A stretch of 64,000 nucleotides of DNA from Ilumatobacter sp. (lineage in GTDB: Bacteria; Actinomycetota; Acidimicrobiia; Acidimicrobiales; Ilumatobacteraceae): assembly GCA_002711735.1 (NCBI GenBank), contig PASB01000054.1:8044-72043 (forward strand), in the 5' to 3' direction. A program made the position numbers and the translations under genes. Below are positions 10,004 to 18,561 of this stretch, piece after piece (position 1 is the first letter of the stretch; every line of letters starts with the position of its first letter). The notes beneath the pieces are model-generated. The model worked only from the letters and a program-made list of their open reading frames with translations. It had not been told where the DNA came from and did not search any database.

Positions 10004-10579
10004 GTGAACCGGATAACGCAGTTGCTGCTCGAAGCTCAGAGTGGGGACCGGCGCGCCTTCGAACAGTTCATCGGCGAGACACAGGCTGACGTATGGCGAA
10101 CGTGTCGTTACCTCGGCGATCTCAGCGATGCTGACGACCTAACCCAGGAGACCTATGAACGGGCCGTTCGTTCGCTGCACCGATACCGCAGCGAGGGTCC
10201 GGCGAAGGCCTGGCTGCTAACGATTGCACGCTGCGTCTGCGTCGATCACGCACGCCGCCAACAACGTCGTCGGCGGCGTGACAGTCGGGCAGTAAACGAC
10301 GCATTGCTGGGCGGGGGCCTCGGGTCAGTCATCGTACCTGATGACGCAGGGCAGCTCACGCTCGAAGCGTTGATTAATGGTCTCGACGAGGATCGGCGAG
10401 CTGCATTTACCCTCACTCAGGTGCTGGGTCTGCAGTATGCCGAAGCTGCAGAGGTCCTCGGTTGCCCGATTGGGACGGTCCGCTCGCGGGTAGCTCGCGC
10501 CCGGCTTGACCTTGTGGCTATGGACTGCATCGATGAGTTGCCGGCCACGGGAACCAACGGCGCCTCGGCAGCGACTTAA
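10004..10579 (+). CDS. ECF RNA polymerase sigma factor, SigC-like
   Basis: GDRRAF...TQADVWR, ADDLTQETY, AWLLTIAR, RAAFTLTQVLGLQYAEAAEVLGCPIGTVRSRVARAR; start moved from 9662 to GTG 10004 (CAGAAT -10 6 nt upstream, no overlap with anti-sigma). Confidence 0.92.
   Translation: MNRITQLLLEAQSGDRRAFEQFIGETQADVWRTCRYLGDLSDADDLTQETYERAVRSLHRYRSEGPAKAWLLTIARCVCVDHARRQQRRRRRDSRAVNDALLGGGLGSVIVPDDAGQLTLEALINGLDEDRRAAFTLTQVLGLQYAEAAEVLGCPIGTVRSRVARARLDLVAMDCIDELPATGTNGASAAT
10549..10576 (+). promoter_or_regulatory. SigC-type ECF promoter for the SCO gene cluster
   Basis: GGGAAC(10549-10554)-N17-CGACT(10572-10576), then 8 nt to GTG 10585; lies in the 3' end of the sigma gene. Confidence 0.82.
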
Positions 10580-10584
10580 AGGGC

Positions 10585-11220
10585 GTGGAATTGAGAGCGC
10601 TGTACGCCCAGTTGCGCCAGATGGCGCTGGTGGTGGTCATTGCCTTCGTGCTCGTCGGCTGCGGCGGAACAACCGACGGTGGCAGTGGTGAAGCGCTGTC
10701 GGGCGCCGTCATCGATCCGGCACCACAGGTTGATCTCGTGAGCCTCCCATCGCTCAGCAACCCCGGAACCGAGATTAACTTCCGAGCTCGACCGGGCGGA
10801 GTGCAGGTGGTCTACTTCGGATTCACCAACTGTCCCGATGTTTGCCCGACCACCTTGGCCGACCTCACAGTTGCATTGCGCAAGCTTGACCCATCCGACG
10901 CAGACCGAGTCGACGTCGTGATGGTCACGGTCGACCCGAAACGGGACCTTGAGGTGCTTGACACCTATGTCACGAGCTTCATCGACGATGCGGTCGCCGT
11001 AGGCACACTTGACGATGAGCAGACTGTGGCCGCCGGTATACCCTTCGGTGCTAGCTGGGAGGTTCGTACATTTGACGATGGAAACGTCGAGGTAGATCAT
11101 TCGCCCTTCCTCTATGCAGTCGACGATTCAGGTCGACTCGTCCTTACCTGGCTGTTTGGCGCAACATCAGATGACATAAGTAACGACCTGTCAGTTCTGT
11201 TGGACCGAAACGAGGCATAA
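10585..11220 (+). CDS. SCO1/SenC-family copper chaperone lipoprotein
   Basis: Lipobox LVGC, YFGFTNCPDVCP (CxxxC), VTVDPKRD, VDHS His ligand. Confidence 0.95.
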   Translation: MELRALYAQLRQMALVVVIAFVLVGCGGTTDGGSGEALSGAVIDPAPQVDLVSLPSLSNPGTEINFRARPGGVQVVYFGFTNCPDVCPTTLADLTVALRKLDPSDADRVDVVMVTVDPKRDLEVLDTYVTSFIDDAVAVGTLDDEQTVAAGIPFGASWEVRTFDDGNVEVDHSPFLYAVDDSGRLVLTWLFGATSDDISNDLSVLLDRNEA

Positions 11221-11222
11221 CG

Positions 11223-11639
11223 ATGACCGTGCGTGCAGCTTTGGTCGGACTAGCGGCCGTCGTGCTTGTTGCCTGTAGTGGAAGCAAAGACTCCTCGGAT
11301 ATGAGCACCGCTGGCATACCTGACCTTGAAGAGAACCTTCCTGGCTACGGAGTTGTGTTAGGCGCAAATGAAGCCACTTACGAATACACAATCCCCATCG
11401 GTGCCGGCGATGCACTCGACGCCGGTGAGCCTTTGTCGATTTTGCCTGGTTCGCTCACTGCGACGGTTGGACAGACGATTCGCATCGTCAACAGAGACAC
11501 GCGCGGACATAGCGTGGGGCCGTGGTTTGTTAGCGCCCGCGCAACCCTGCGCCAGGAGTTTACGACCCCCGGTTCCTATGAGGGGCTGTGCACGGTCCAC
11601 CCTTCGGGTGAATTTGTTTTGCAGGTGTTACCGCGTTGA
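11223..11639 (+). CDS. Cupredoxin-like lipoprotein
   Basis: Lipobox LVAC; cupredoxin-like VGQTIRIVNRD-x3-H ... PGSYEGLCTVHP (His/Cys/His ligands, no Met). Confidence 0.75.
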   Translation: MTVRAALVGLAAVVLVACSGSKDSSDMSTAGIPDLEENLPGYGVVLGANEATYEYTIPIGAGDALDAGEPLSILPGSLTATVGQTIRIVNRDTRGHSVGPWFVSARATLRQEFTTPGSYEGLCTVHPSGEFVLQVLPR

Positions 11640-12667
11640 TGAAGCCCATCACAAAGACCGTCTTAGGGCTCTTGGCGGTCATTGTGGCGACGATCATCCC
11701 CGCCGGGACCGTTTTGGCAGACCCGGCCGGCCCAACCGATTATCGCAGCGAGATCATTGCGGTCGACCCATCGACCCCGGAAATTTCGGTTGTGGTGTTG
11801 GGAGGCGACTCGTTCGTTGAGTTGACGGTTGATCCGGGCTCTGAGGTCGTGGTTATTGGTTATCGCGGTGAGCCGTACTTGTGGTTTCAGCCGGACGGCA
11901 CAGTCCTTGAGAACACCTTGTCGCCGTCTACCTACCTAAATGTTGAGCGTTACGGCACCGACTTTCCGGCCTTCGCCGACCCTGACGCAGAGCCGGAGTG
12001 GCGCCAGATCGGCACAACGGGTCGGTGGGCCTGGCACGACCATCGAGCTCATCTGATGCAACCAATGCCGCCCTTCGGCACCCAGCCAGGCGACCGCATC
12101 CTCGAGAGTGTGCTGCCACTGATGGTCGACGGAAACGAGGTCGACGTCACCGTAATCAGTACGTGGGAGCCGGAGCCTTCACCGGTCCCCGTCTGGATCG
12201 GCGGAGTGCTTGGTCTGCTCGCCGGACTCACCGGTGCGCTCCTCATCAAGCGTGGCAGGCCCCTGGCCACAGCTGTATTCGCCCCTGCTGCAGTCGGCTT
12301 CGTTGCGGGCCTGTGGCAGTACGGATCCCTGCCCTCCGAGACCGGCCCGAAGCTCACTTGGTGGCTTTTGCCGCTAATTGGGGGAGCTGCCGCGCTGTGC
12401 TCATTGATTCCGTTTGTTCGCGTGGACCACACGATCACTGCAGTGGTGACCGGGCTAGCCGGACTCCTGCTCGCTGGTTGGGGGTGGATGCGGCGTGATG
12501 GCCTCACCGCAGCGATAGTGCCGACCAACGCGCCAAGCTGGTTCGACCGAGGGACAACCATCGCAGTGCTCGTCGCCGGATTGCTGGTGGTTTTGCTCAG
12601 TGCTTGGGAACTGATCAGCTCGCCACGACGACTTAAAAGGTGTGAACGTAACTCAGTTGATGAATAG
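11639..12667 (+). CDS. Uncharacterised exported membrane protein with WHDHRxH motif
   Basis: Signal peptide (..VLA/DPAGP), extracytoplasmic domain with GYRGEPYL and WAWHDHRAHLM, then about 5 TM helices; inside the copper gene cluster. Confidence 0.8.
   Translation: MKPITKTVLGLLAVIVATIIPAGTVLADPAGPTDYRSEIIAVDPSTPEISVVVLGGDSFVELTVDPGSEVVVIGYRGEPYLWFQPDGTVLENTLSPSTYLNVERYGTDFPAFADPDAEPEWRQIGTTGRWAWHDHRAHLMQPMPPFGTQPGDRILESVLPLMVDGNEVDVTVISTWEPEPSPVPVWIGGVLGLLAGLTGALLIKRGRPLATAVFAPAAVGFVAGLWQYGSLPSETGPKLTWWLLPLIGGAAALCSLIPFVRVDHTITAVVTGLAGLLLAGWGWMRRDGLTAAIVPTNAPSWFDRGTTIAVLVAGLLVVLLSAWELISSPRRLKRCERNSVDE
12606..12633 (+). promoter_or_regulatory. SigC-type ECF promoter for the PCuAC gene
   Basis: GGGAAC(12606-12611)-N17-CGACT(12629-12633), then 8 nt to GTG 12642. 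Confidence 0.82.
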
Positions 12668-13172
12668 CTTTTCTCGCCAGTGCCTCGGAGCGCTCATTTT
12701 GGTCGCAGGTCTCGGGCTTGCAGCATGTGGCTCTGACGATGCCGCCTCGTCGTCGGAGGACTCGATTTCGATTGCCGACCCGTGGTCCCGTCAGCCAGCA
12801 AACGGACAGACTGCAACGGCTGTGTACGGCGTCATCACTAACGCCGGAGCGGAAGATGTCACGGCAGTCGCTGTCTCGACGTCAGTGACCGACACTGCCG
12901 AACTGCACCAAGTCACCGTCAACGACGAGGGTCAAATGTCGATGAGCAAAAAAGAAGGTGGATTCACGATCGAGGGTGGGGCCTCTTTCACTTTTGAGCC
13001 GGGCGGACCGCACATCATGTTGTTGGGCATCAACCCGGCGATCTACCCTGCCATGGTGGATGTGGCTCTCTCATTTGACAACGGGTCGACGCTCGAATTC
13101 GTCGCCGAGGTCCGAGCAATCGGTGATGAGGCCACCGCCGAGATGCACGGAGAGATGACACACGACGACTGA
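12642..13172 (+). CDS. Copper chaperone PCu(A)C lipoprotein
   Basis: Lipobox LAAC, DPWSR, AELH...MSM...EPGGPHIML motif, C-terminal MHGEMTH tail. Confidence 0.93.
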   Translation: MNVTQLMNSFSRQCLGALILVAGLGLAACGSDDAASSSEDSISIADPWSRQPANGQTATAVYGVITNAGAEDVTAVAVSTSVTDTAELHQVTVNDEGQMSMSKKEGGFTIEGGASFTFEPGGPHIMLLGINPAIYPAMVDVALSFDNGSTLEFVAEVRAIGDEATAEMHGEMTHDD

Positions 13173-13192
13173 TCTCTGCGTAGCGTGGACGC

Positions 13193-14311
13193 ATGCGCAA
13201 TTTCACGCCGATCGACCACGCCGCCCGAGTTTCGGCAATTCGATCGCTGTTAGGCGCTGGTGATTTGGGCCTTGATGCTTTGCTTTTTACCGACTACAAC
13301 GACATTCGTTGGTTGACGGGCTTCACCGGTTCGAACGGTTGGGTCGTCGTGCGACCTAATCAAGCGGTGCTTGGCACTGACACCCGGTATGGCGAGCGAG
13401 CGGCAGCCGAAACTGAGGGAAGCGACGTCGAGATCTTGGCAATCCAGCATCGCAGCGAGCTGCATCGTGCGCTCATTAAGGCGGCTGGCGCGGGGACGGT
13501 TGGCCTCGACGCTCGATCGACAACTCACGCGCAATGGAAACAGTTGGCTGTCGATATGTCGTTGGCCTCCGTCGACTCCATTGTTGGAACGGCCCGGGAA
13601 GTCAAAGATTTTGCCGAAATGGAGCGGATCGAAGCTGCTGCGACTGCAGCTGATGCTGCGCTGCAGGAGGTGGAGCCTCTGCTATTTGGCACATCTGACT
13701 TACCTCTTACTGAGGCCGATATCCGCGACGAACTTGAATATCGAATGCGCCGTCACGGTGCTGACGACCGAAGTTACGAGACGATTGTGGCCGCTGGCCC
13801 TGATCATGCGGCGCGGCCACATCACGAAGTAGGTCGCCGAACCATCGTTGAAGGCGACACGGTCGTGATTGATGTCGGCGCCTTGGTCGAGGGTTATCAC
13901 TCCGACATGACGCGGTCTTACGTCATCGGTGAACCAACAGCGCAGCAGCGCGACATCTACGAACTCGTGCAAGCCTCCCAGACGGCTGGACTTGCTGCGT
14001 TGCAACCGGGTGCCACTGCGGCGGCGGTGGACAGCGCTTGCCGGGCTGTGTTCGTTGAAGCGGGATACGCCGACTGGTATCTCCACGGGACAGGGCACGG
14101 CGTGGGGCTACAGATCCACGAATCACCGTTCCATTCTCAGGCGTCAAATGACGTGATCCAGGTTGGCAACGTGGTGACCGTCGAACCGGGCCTCTATCGT
14201 GGCGGTTTCGGTGGCTTCCGTATTGAAGACCTTGCGGCGGTGACCGCTGATGGTCACCGAGTTCTGACGCATCACCCCAAGCGACCTTTCAACACCTCAT
14301 TCTCTACCTAG
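13193..14311 (+). CDS. pepQ: Xaa-Pro peptidase (M24 family)
   Basis: [46 protein letters not shown]; upstream of efp. Confidence 0.93.
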   Translation: MRNFTPIDHAARVSAIRSLLGAGDLGLDALLFTDYNDIRWLTGFTGSNGWVVVRPNQAVLGTDTRYGERAAAETEGSDVEILAIQHRSELHRALIKAAGAGTVGLDARSTTHAQWKQLAVDMSLASVDSIVGTAREVKDFAEMERIEAAATAADAALQEVEPLLFGTSDLPLTEADIRDELEYRMRRHGADDRSYETIVAAGPDHAARPHHEVGRRTIVEGDTVVIDVGALVEGYHSDMTRSYVIGEPTAQQRDIYELVQASQTAGLAALQPGATAAAVDSACRAVFVEAGYADWYLHGTGHGVGLQIHESPFHSQASNDVIQVGNVVTVEPGLYRGGFGGFRIEDLAAVTADGHRVLTHHPKRPFNTSFST

Positions 14312-14325
14312 AAACAGAGCAGCCC

Positions 14326-14889
14326 ATGCCACAGATTTCCGTGAACGACTTGAAAAACGGTCTTACACTCGAGTTGGAGAATGGCCTATTTCAGGTCGTC
14401 GAGTTTCAACACGTCAAGCCAGGCAAAGGCGGCGCTTTCGTGCGCACCAAAATTCGCAATGCGCGGACCGGTGCAGTTATCGATAAGACCTTCAACGCTG
14501 GCATCAAGGTCGAACAGGCCATTGTCGACCGTCAAGATATGCAGTACCTGTACGCCGACGGCGACGACTACGTATTCATGAACACATCCACGTACGACCA
14601 ACTCAACGTGGAACGTAATGCGCTGGGCGACGCTGCGGACTTTCTTATCGAGCAAATGATTGCGCAGGTAGCCACGTACCAGGGTGAAATCATCGGCGTT
14701 GAAATCCCAGCTTCGGTCGATCTCGAAATCTCAGTCACCGAGCCGGGCCTCCAAGGCGACCGGTCGAGCGGTGGAACCAAGCCCGCAACGCTCGAAACCG
14801 GCAAGGAGATCAAGGTCCCGTTGTTCGTCAACATCGGCGACAAGGTCAAGGTTGATACTCGTACTGGCGAGTACATGGCTCGGGCCTGA
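14326..14889 (+). CDS. efp: Elongation factor P
   Basis: [26 protein letters not shown]. Confidence 0.99.
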   Translation: MPQISVNDLKNGLTLELENGLFQVVEFQHVKPGKGGAFVRTKIRNARTGAVIDKTFNAGIKVEQAIVDRQDMQYLYADGDDYVFMNTSTYDQLNVERNALGDAADFLIEQMIAQVATYQGEIIGVEIPASVDLEISVTEPGLQGDRSSGGTKPATLETGKEIKVPLFVNIGDKVKVDTRTGEYMARA

Positions 14890-14903
14890 TTCCGGATACG
14901 TCC

Positions 14904-15338
14904 GTGGCATCGATCAACGCCAAAATTGCGCGCCCTGACGAGCGGTCAGATGCGCGTGAGCGTGCTCTATACCTGCTTTATGAGGCGCACTCAAAGGGCA
15001 TCAGCCCCGCTGACGCGCTTAGTTTGCAGGTACTCGAACCGGACGAACTCACCGTGGAATTAGTCACCGGAGTCGAAACACATGCTGCCGAACTTGACGC
15101 AGCAATTGCAGCCAAGGCCAAGGGGTGGACCCTTGAACGTATGCCGGTGCTTGATCTCAACGTCCTGCGCCTCGCTGCCTTCGAACTAAGCGAACGCAGC
15201 GATGTGCCTGTCGCCGTAGTGCTTGACGAGGCAGTGAAGCTCGCAAAACGTTTCTCAACTGATGACAGCGGCAAGTTTGTCAATGGAGTGCTCGCCACGC
15301 TGTCTGAAGAGTTGCGACCGGACGATCCGCTTCGCTGA
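14904..15338 (+). CDS. nusB: Transcription antitermination factor NusB
   Basis: ARERAL-x2-LYE, WTLERM, EAVKLAKRFS, FVNGVL. Confidence 0.97.
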   Translation: MASINAKIARPDERSDARERALYLLYEAHSKGISPADALSLQVLEPDELTVELVTGVETHAAELDAAIAAKAKGWTLERMPVLDLNVLRLAAFELSERSDVPVAVVLDEAVKLAKRFSTDDSGKFVNGVLATLSEELRPDDPLR

Positions 15339-15353
15339 CGCGAGACTGAGGCC

Positions 15354-16952
15354 ATGACGGAGCAAGTGGCAACCGAAGAGAGCGACGACGCTCTTTTCGA
15401 TCTTGATGATCTCGATCCCGATCTCGATGACGTTGCCACCGTCCGTCCGACGGTCAACGATTGGCTCAGAGCGCGAACACTTCCGCAGATCCTGCTGTCG
15501 TGCACGTTACTGCTCTGGGTGGTGTACTTCACGCAGCGCAGCCTGGACATTCACCATGGTCTCGGGACATCGTCGTACGACTCGGGTTTGTACGACCAGG
15601 GCATGTGGCTGCTGTCGCGAGGCGAGGCACCGTTCGTCACATTGATGGGTCGCAACATGTTTGGCGACCACACGTCGTTCGTGTTGCTTCTTCTTGTTCC
15701 GCTCTATTGGGTTGCCCCCGGGGCGTGGATCATGTTCTTTTCGCAGTCGGCAGTGATTGCGGCGGGCGCGATCCCTGTTTTTCTGTATGGACGCCGCCGC
15801 CTGGAGTCGGAATGGTTTGCGCTCATCGCCGCAGCAACATACCTACTGCACCCAGCCGTCGGCTGGGCCAATCTGGAAAACTTCCACCCCGATTCTTTCC
15901 TCGGAGTCTTCATCGGCGTCGCGCTGTATGCGGCCCTAGAGCGAAAGTGGAGGTTGTACGGCGCATTTGTCGTATTGTCACTGCTTGTCAAGGAGGACGT
16001 TTCACTCGTCATCGTGCCACTCGGGATTTGGGTTGCAATACGCCGAAGTTGGCGCATCGGGCTGATCACCGTGTTCGGTTCGCTCGGGTTCATGTTCACG
16101 GCGATGTACGTGGTGATGCGTGGGCTGATCGGCCAACCCACTCTGAATGCTTGGCGTATTCCGTTCAGTCAGCCCGGTGACGGCACCGGTGCGGCCGCTC
16201 GGCGCCTCATCGACACTGCGGTGACCAACCCAACGCAACTTGCTGACCATGTACGCGCTGACGGACGCCCGTGGTATCTCTGGCAAATGACATCACCATT
16301 TGCATTGATTTTCCTGCGGCTGCCAGGCGTGGCGATGATCAGCGCACTGGTCTTGTTCTCGAATGTTTTGAGCACATTTTGGTATCAGTATCAGGTTCAA
16401 TATCACTATTCGCTCGTTGCGGTCCCAGCGCTTGCAATTGGCACGGTGTACGCGCTGGGCGCAGTCAAAAGCAAGCTCACGGTGCAGTCGTTGGAGGTCT
16501 CACTTCGGGCGGTCGGCATTGCGGTATTGGCACTGTCGTCCTTCATGACTGCCTTCATGTGGTCGCCGATGCCCTGGGGTCGGACCGTGCTGTTTCACGG
16601 CGACCCAGACAATATGTATGCGGTAAGCATGCGCGAGATCATCGAAGAGATCCCCGTCAGGGCAAGCGTCGCTGCTCATCATCGAGTAACGCCCCACATT
16701 GCTTATCGCCCTGAGATCTATCAGTTCCCGAATCCCTTCCGGCTCGTGTTGTACGGGCCTGATCCTAAACTTGAGGGAATTCGGCTTTCCGAACGAGCCG
16801 AGAGGGTCGACTTCGTAGTCTTGCCGACGAGTGAGGATGAGAACGTCGCCGATGACTTTGCGATCATTGAGGCAGCATTCGTTGAAGTAGCGGCAAACCA
16901 GTTCTGGGTGCTGTACGAGCGGGATCGCAGCGTTCCGCTGCCGGGAAACTGA
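15354..16952 (+). CDS. DUF2079-like multi-pass membrane protein (GT-C glycosyltransferase-like)
   Basis: SYDSGLYDQ-x-MW, FGDH, FH(P), LLVKED, HYS motifs; many TM helices. Confidence 0.75.
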   Translation: MTEQVATEESDDALFDLDDLDPDLDDVATVRPTVNDWLRARTLPQILLSCTLLLWVVYFTQRSLDIHHGLGTSSYDSGLYDQGMWLLSRGEAPFVTLMGRNMFGDHTSFVLLLLVPLYWVAPGAWIMFFSQSAVIAAGAIPVFLYGRRRLESEWFALIAAATYLLHPAVGWANLENFHPDSFLGVFIGVALYAALERKWRLYGAFVVLSLLVKEDVSLVIVPLGIWVAIRRSWRIGLITVFGSLGFMFTAMYVVMRGLIGQPTLNAWRIPFSQPGDGTGAAARRLIDTAVTNPTQLADHVRADGRPWYLWQMTSPFALIFLRLPGVAMISALVLFSNVLSTFWYQYQVQYHYSLVAVPALAIGTVYALGAVKSKLTVQSLEVSLRAVGIAVLALSSFMTAFMWSPMPWGRTVLFHGDPDNMYAVSMREIIEEIPVRASVAAHHRVTPHIAYRPEIYQFPNPFRLVLYGPDPKLEGIRLSERAERVDFVVLPTSEDENVADDFAIIEAAFVEVAANQFWVLYERDRSVPLPGN

Positions 16953-16971
16953 CAAGTTCCACGGTGGTATT

Positions 16972-16999
16972 TTGACGGAAAGCAGCTGGCTGCTACTTT
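16972..16999 (+). promoter_or_regulatory. Housekeeping sigma promoter of the pyr operon
   Basis: TTGACG(16972-16977)-N16-TACTTT(16994-16999) with TGn extension. Confidence 0.6.
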
Positions 17000-17009
17000 A
17001 AAGATCCGA

Positions 17010-17040
17010 CCGTGAAGTGAGTTCAGTGAGGCTCACACGG
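17010..17040 (+). promoter_or_regulatory. PyrR-binding RNA element
   Basis: Stem-loop CCGT-GAA-GTGAG-TTCAGTGAGG-CTCAC-ACGG containing AGUUCAGUGAGGCU (close to the ARUCCNGNGAGGYU consensus); abuts the pyrR SD AAAGGA. Confidence 0.85.
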
Positions 17041-17050
17041 AAAGGACAAC

Positions 17051-17605
17051 ATGAATACTCCCTCAGATGTGGGGAAGCAGGTCCTCGGACCTGACGACGT
17101 GCGCCGAGCCATCACTCGAATGGCACACGAAATTATCGAGCGCAACCGCGGCACTGCTGACCTTGCCCTTGTTGGCATTCAAACTGGCGGGGTGTGGGTT
17201 GTGGAGGCGCTCGCCGCTGAAATGTTGCGAATTGAGGCGGCCGAAAATTGTGGAGCAAACCCGATTGTCGTCGGCTCGGTTGACGCATCGCTATATCGCG
17301 ACGACATAGGGATGCGGCCCGTCTCCCCGGGGTCGGTGAGCGATCTCACGTTCACGGTTGAAGGCGTGACGGTGGTCCTCGTTGACGACGTGCTGTACAC
17401 CGGCCGCACCGTGCGGGCGGCGATCGACGCAATTGGAGACTATGGGCGACCGAAGGCGGTCCAGTTAGCTGCAATCGTCGATCGCGGCCACCGGGAGCTG
17501 CCGATTCGACCCGACTTCGTCGGCAAGAACCTGCCAACGAGCGCAGAGGAAAGCGTCAGCGTCACCCCGAACGGTGTCACGATCACGCAAGGGACCGACA
17601 CGTGA
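17051..17605 (+). CDS. pyrR: Pyrimidine operon regulator/uracil phosphoribosyltransferase
   Basis: [46 protein letters not shown]. Confidence 0.98.
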   Translation: MNTPSDVGKQVLGPDDVRRAITRMAHEIIERNRGTADLALVGIQTGGVWVVEALAAEMLRIEAAENCGANPIVVGSVDASLYRDDIGMRPVSPGSVSDLTFTVEGVTVVLVDDVLYTGRTVRAAIDAIGDYGRPKAVQLAAIVDRGHRELPIRPDFVGKNLPTSAEESVSVTPNGVTITQGTDT

Positions 17606-18561
17606 GCCGGTCGTTGCTATCAATCACCGAACTCGGCGAGACCGGTCTGCGGCGGATGCTTGACACCTCTGATCACATGGCCGAGGTCAATCGAAGGCCG
17701 AACCCAAAAGTTCCGGCGCTGCGCGGTAAGACCGTTTGTAACGTCTTCTTCGAGGACTCAACTCGAACTCGACTTAGTTTTGAGACGGCTGCAAAGCGAC
17801 TGTCGGCTGACACGATGAACTTTTCGGTCAGCCAATCAAGCTTGAACAAGGGTGAAAGTCTTCGCGACACCGTTGAAACTATTGCTGCAATGGGCGTGGA
17901 TGCCTTTGTGATCCGGCATGGATCGAGCGGGGCGCCCTGGCAGATCGGGGAGTGGACCAGCATCAGTGTGATCAACGCTGGTGACGGTTGGCATGCCCAT
18001 CCGACCCAGGCACTACTGGATATGTACACCGTCCGCACTGCGTTGAACCGACCTATTTCCGTCGATGGTGGGAGCTTCGACGGTCTGCGGGTGGCGATGG
18101 TCGGCGACATTAAGCACAGTCGTGTTGCGCGAAGTACGACTGAGGCGTTCAAGTTGCTCGGCGCCAACGTCACCTGGGTGTCGCCTAAAACGTTGCTTCC
18201 GCCTGTGCACGACGAGTCCGTCGTCGCGAACCTTGATGAGGTAATCGAGGATGTCGACGTCCTTTACCTGCTGCGCATGCAGAACGAACGAATGAGTGAG
18301 GCATTAGTTCCCCATCTCCGTGAGTACACCGCTCGATTCGGCCTCACGCCGGAGCGTGCCGCTCGCATCGGCCGACACGTGTTGGTCATGCATCCGGGGC
18401 CTATGAATCGAGGTGTCGAGATGGCAGTCGATCCCGGCGAGCTGCCGGGCAGCGTCATTAATCAACAGGTCACCAACGGCATCAATGTCCGCATGGCCGT
18501 CTTATTCGAGTTACTTGGGAGTGGCTCGGAGAACTCACTTACAGGGAATACGGAATCATGA
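17602..18561 (+). CDS. pyrB: Aspartate carbamoyltransferase catalytic subunit
   Basis: [26 protein letters not shown]. Confidence 0.98.
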   Translation: MSRSLLSITELGETGLRRMLDTSDHMAEVNRRPNPKVPALRGKTVCNVFFEDSTRTRLSFETAAKRLSADTMNFSVSQSSLNKGESLRDTVETIAAMGVDAFVIRHGSSGAPWQIGEWTSISVINAGDGWHAHPTQALLDMYTVRTALNRPISVDGGSFDGLRVAMVGDIKHSRVARSTTEAFKLLGANVTWVSPKTLLPPVHDESVVANLDEVIEDVDVLYLLRMQNERMSEALVPHLREYTARFGLTPERAARIGRHVLVMHPGPMNRGVEMAVDPGELPGSVINQQVTNGINVRMAVLFELLGSGSENSLTGNTES

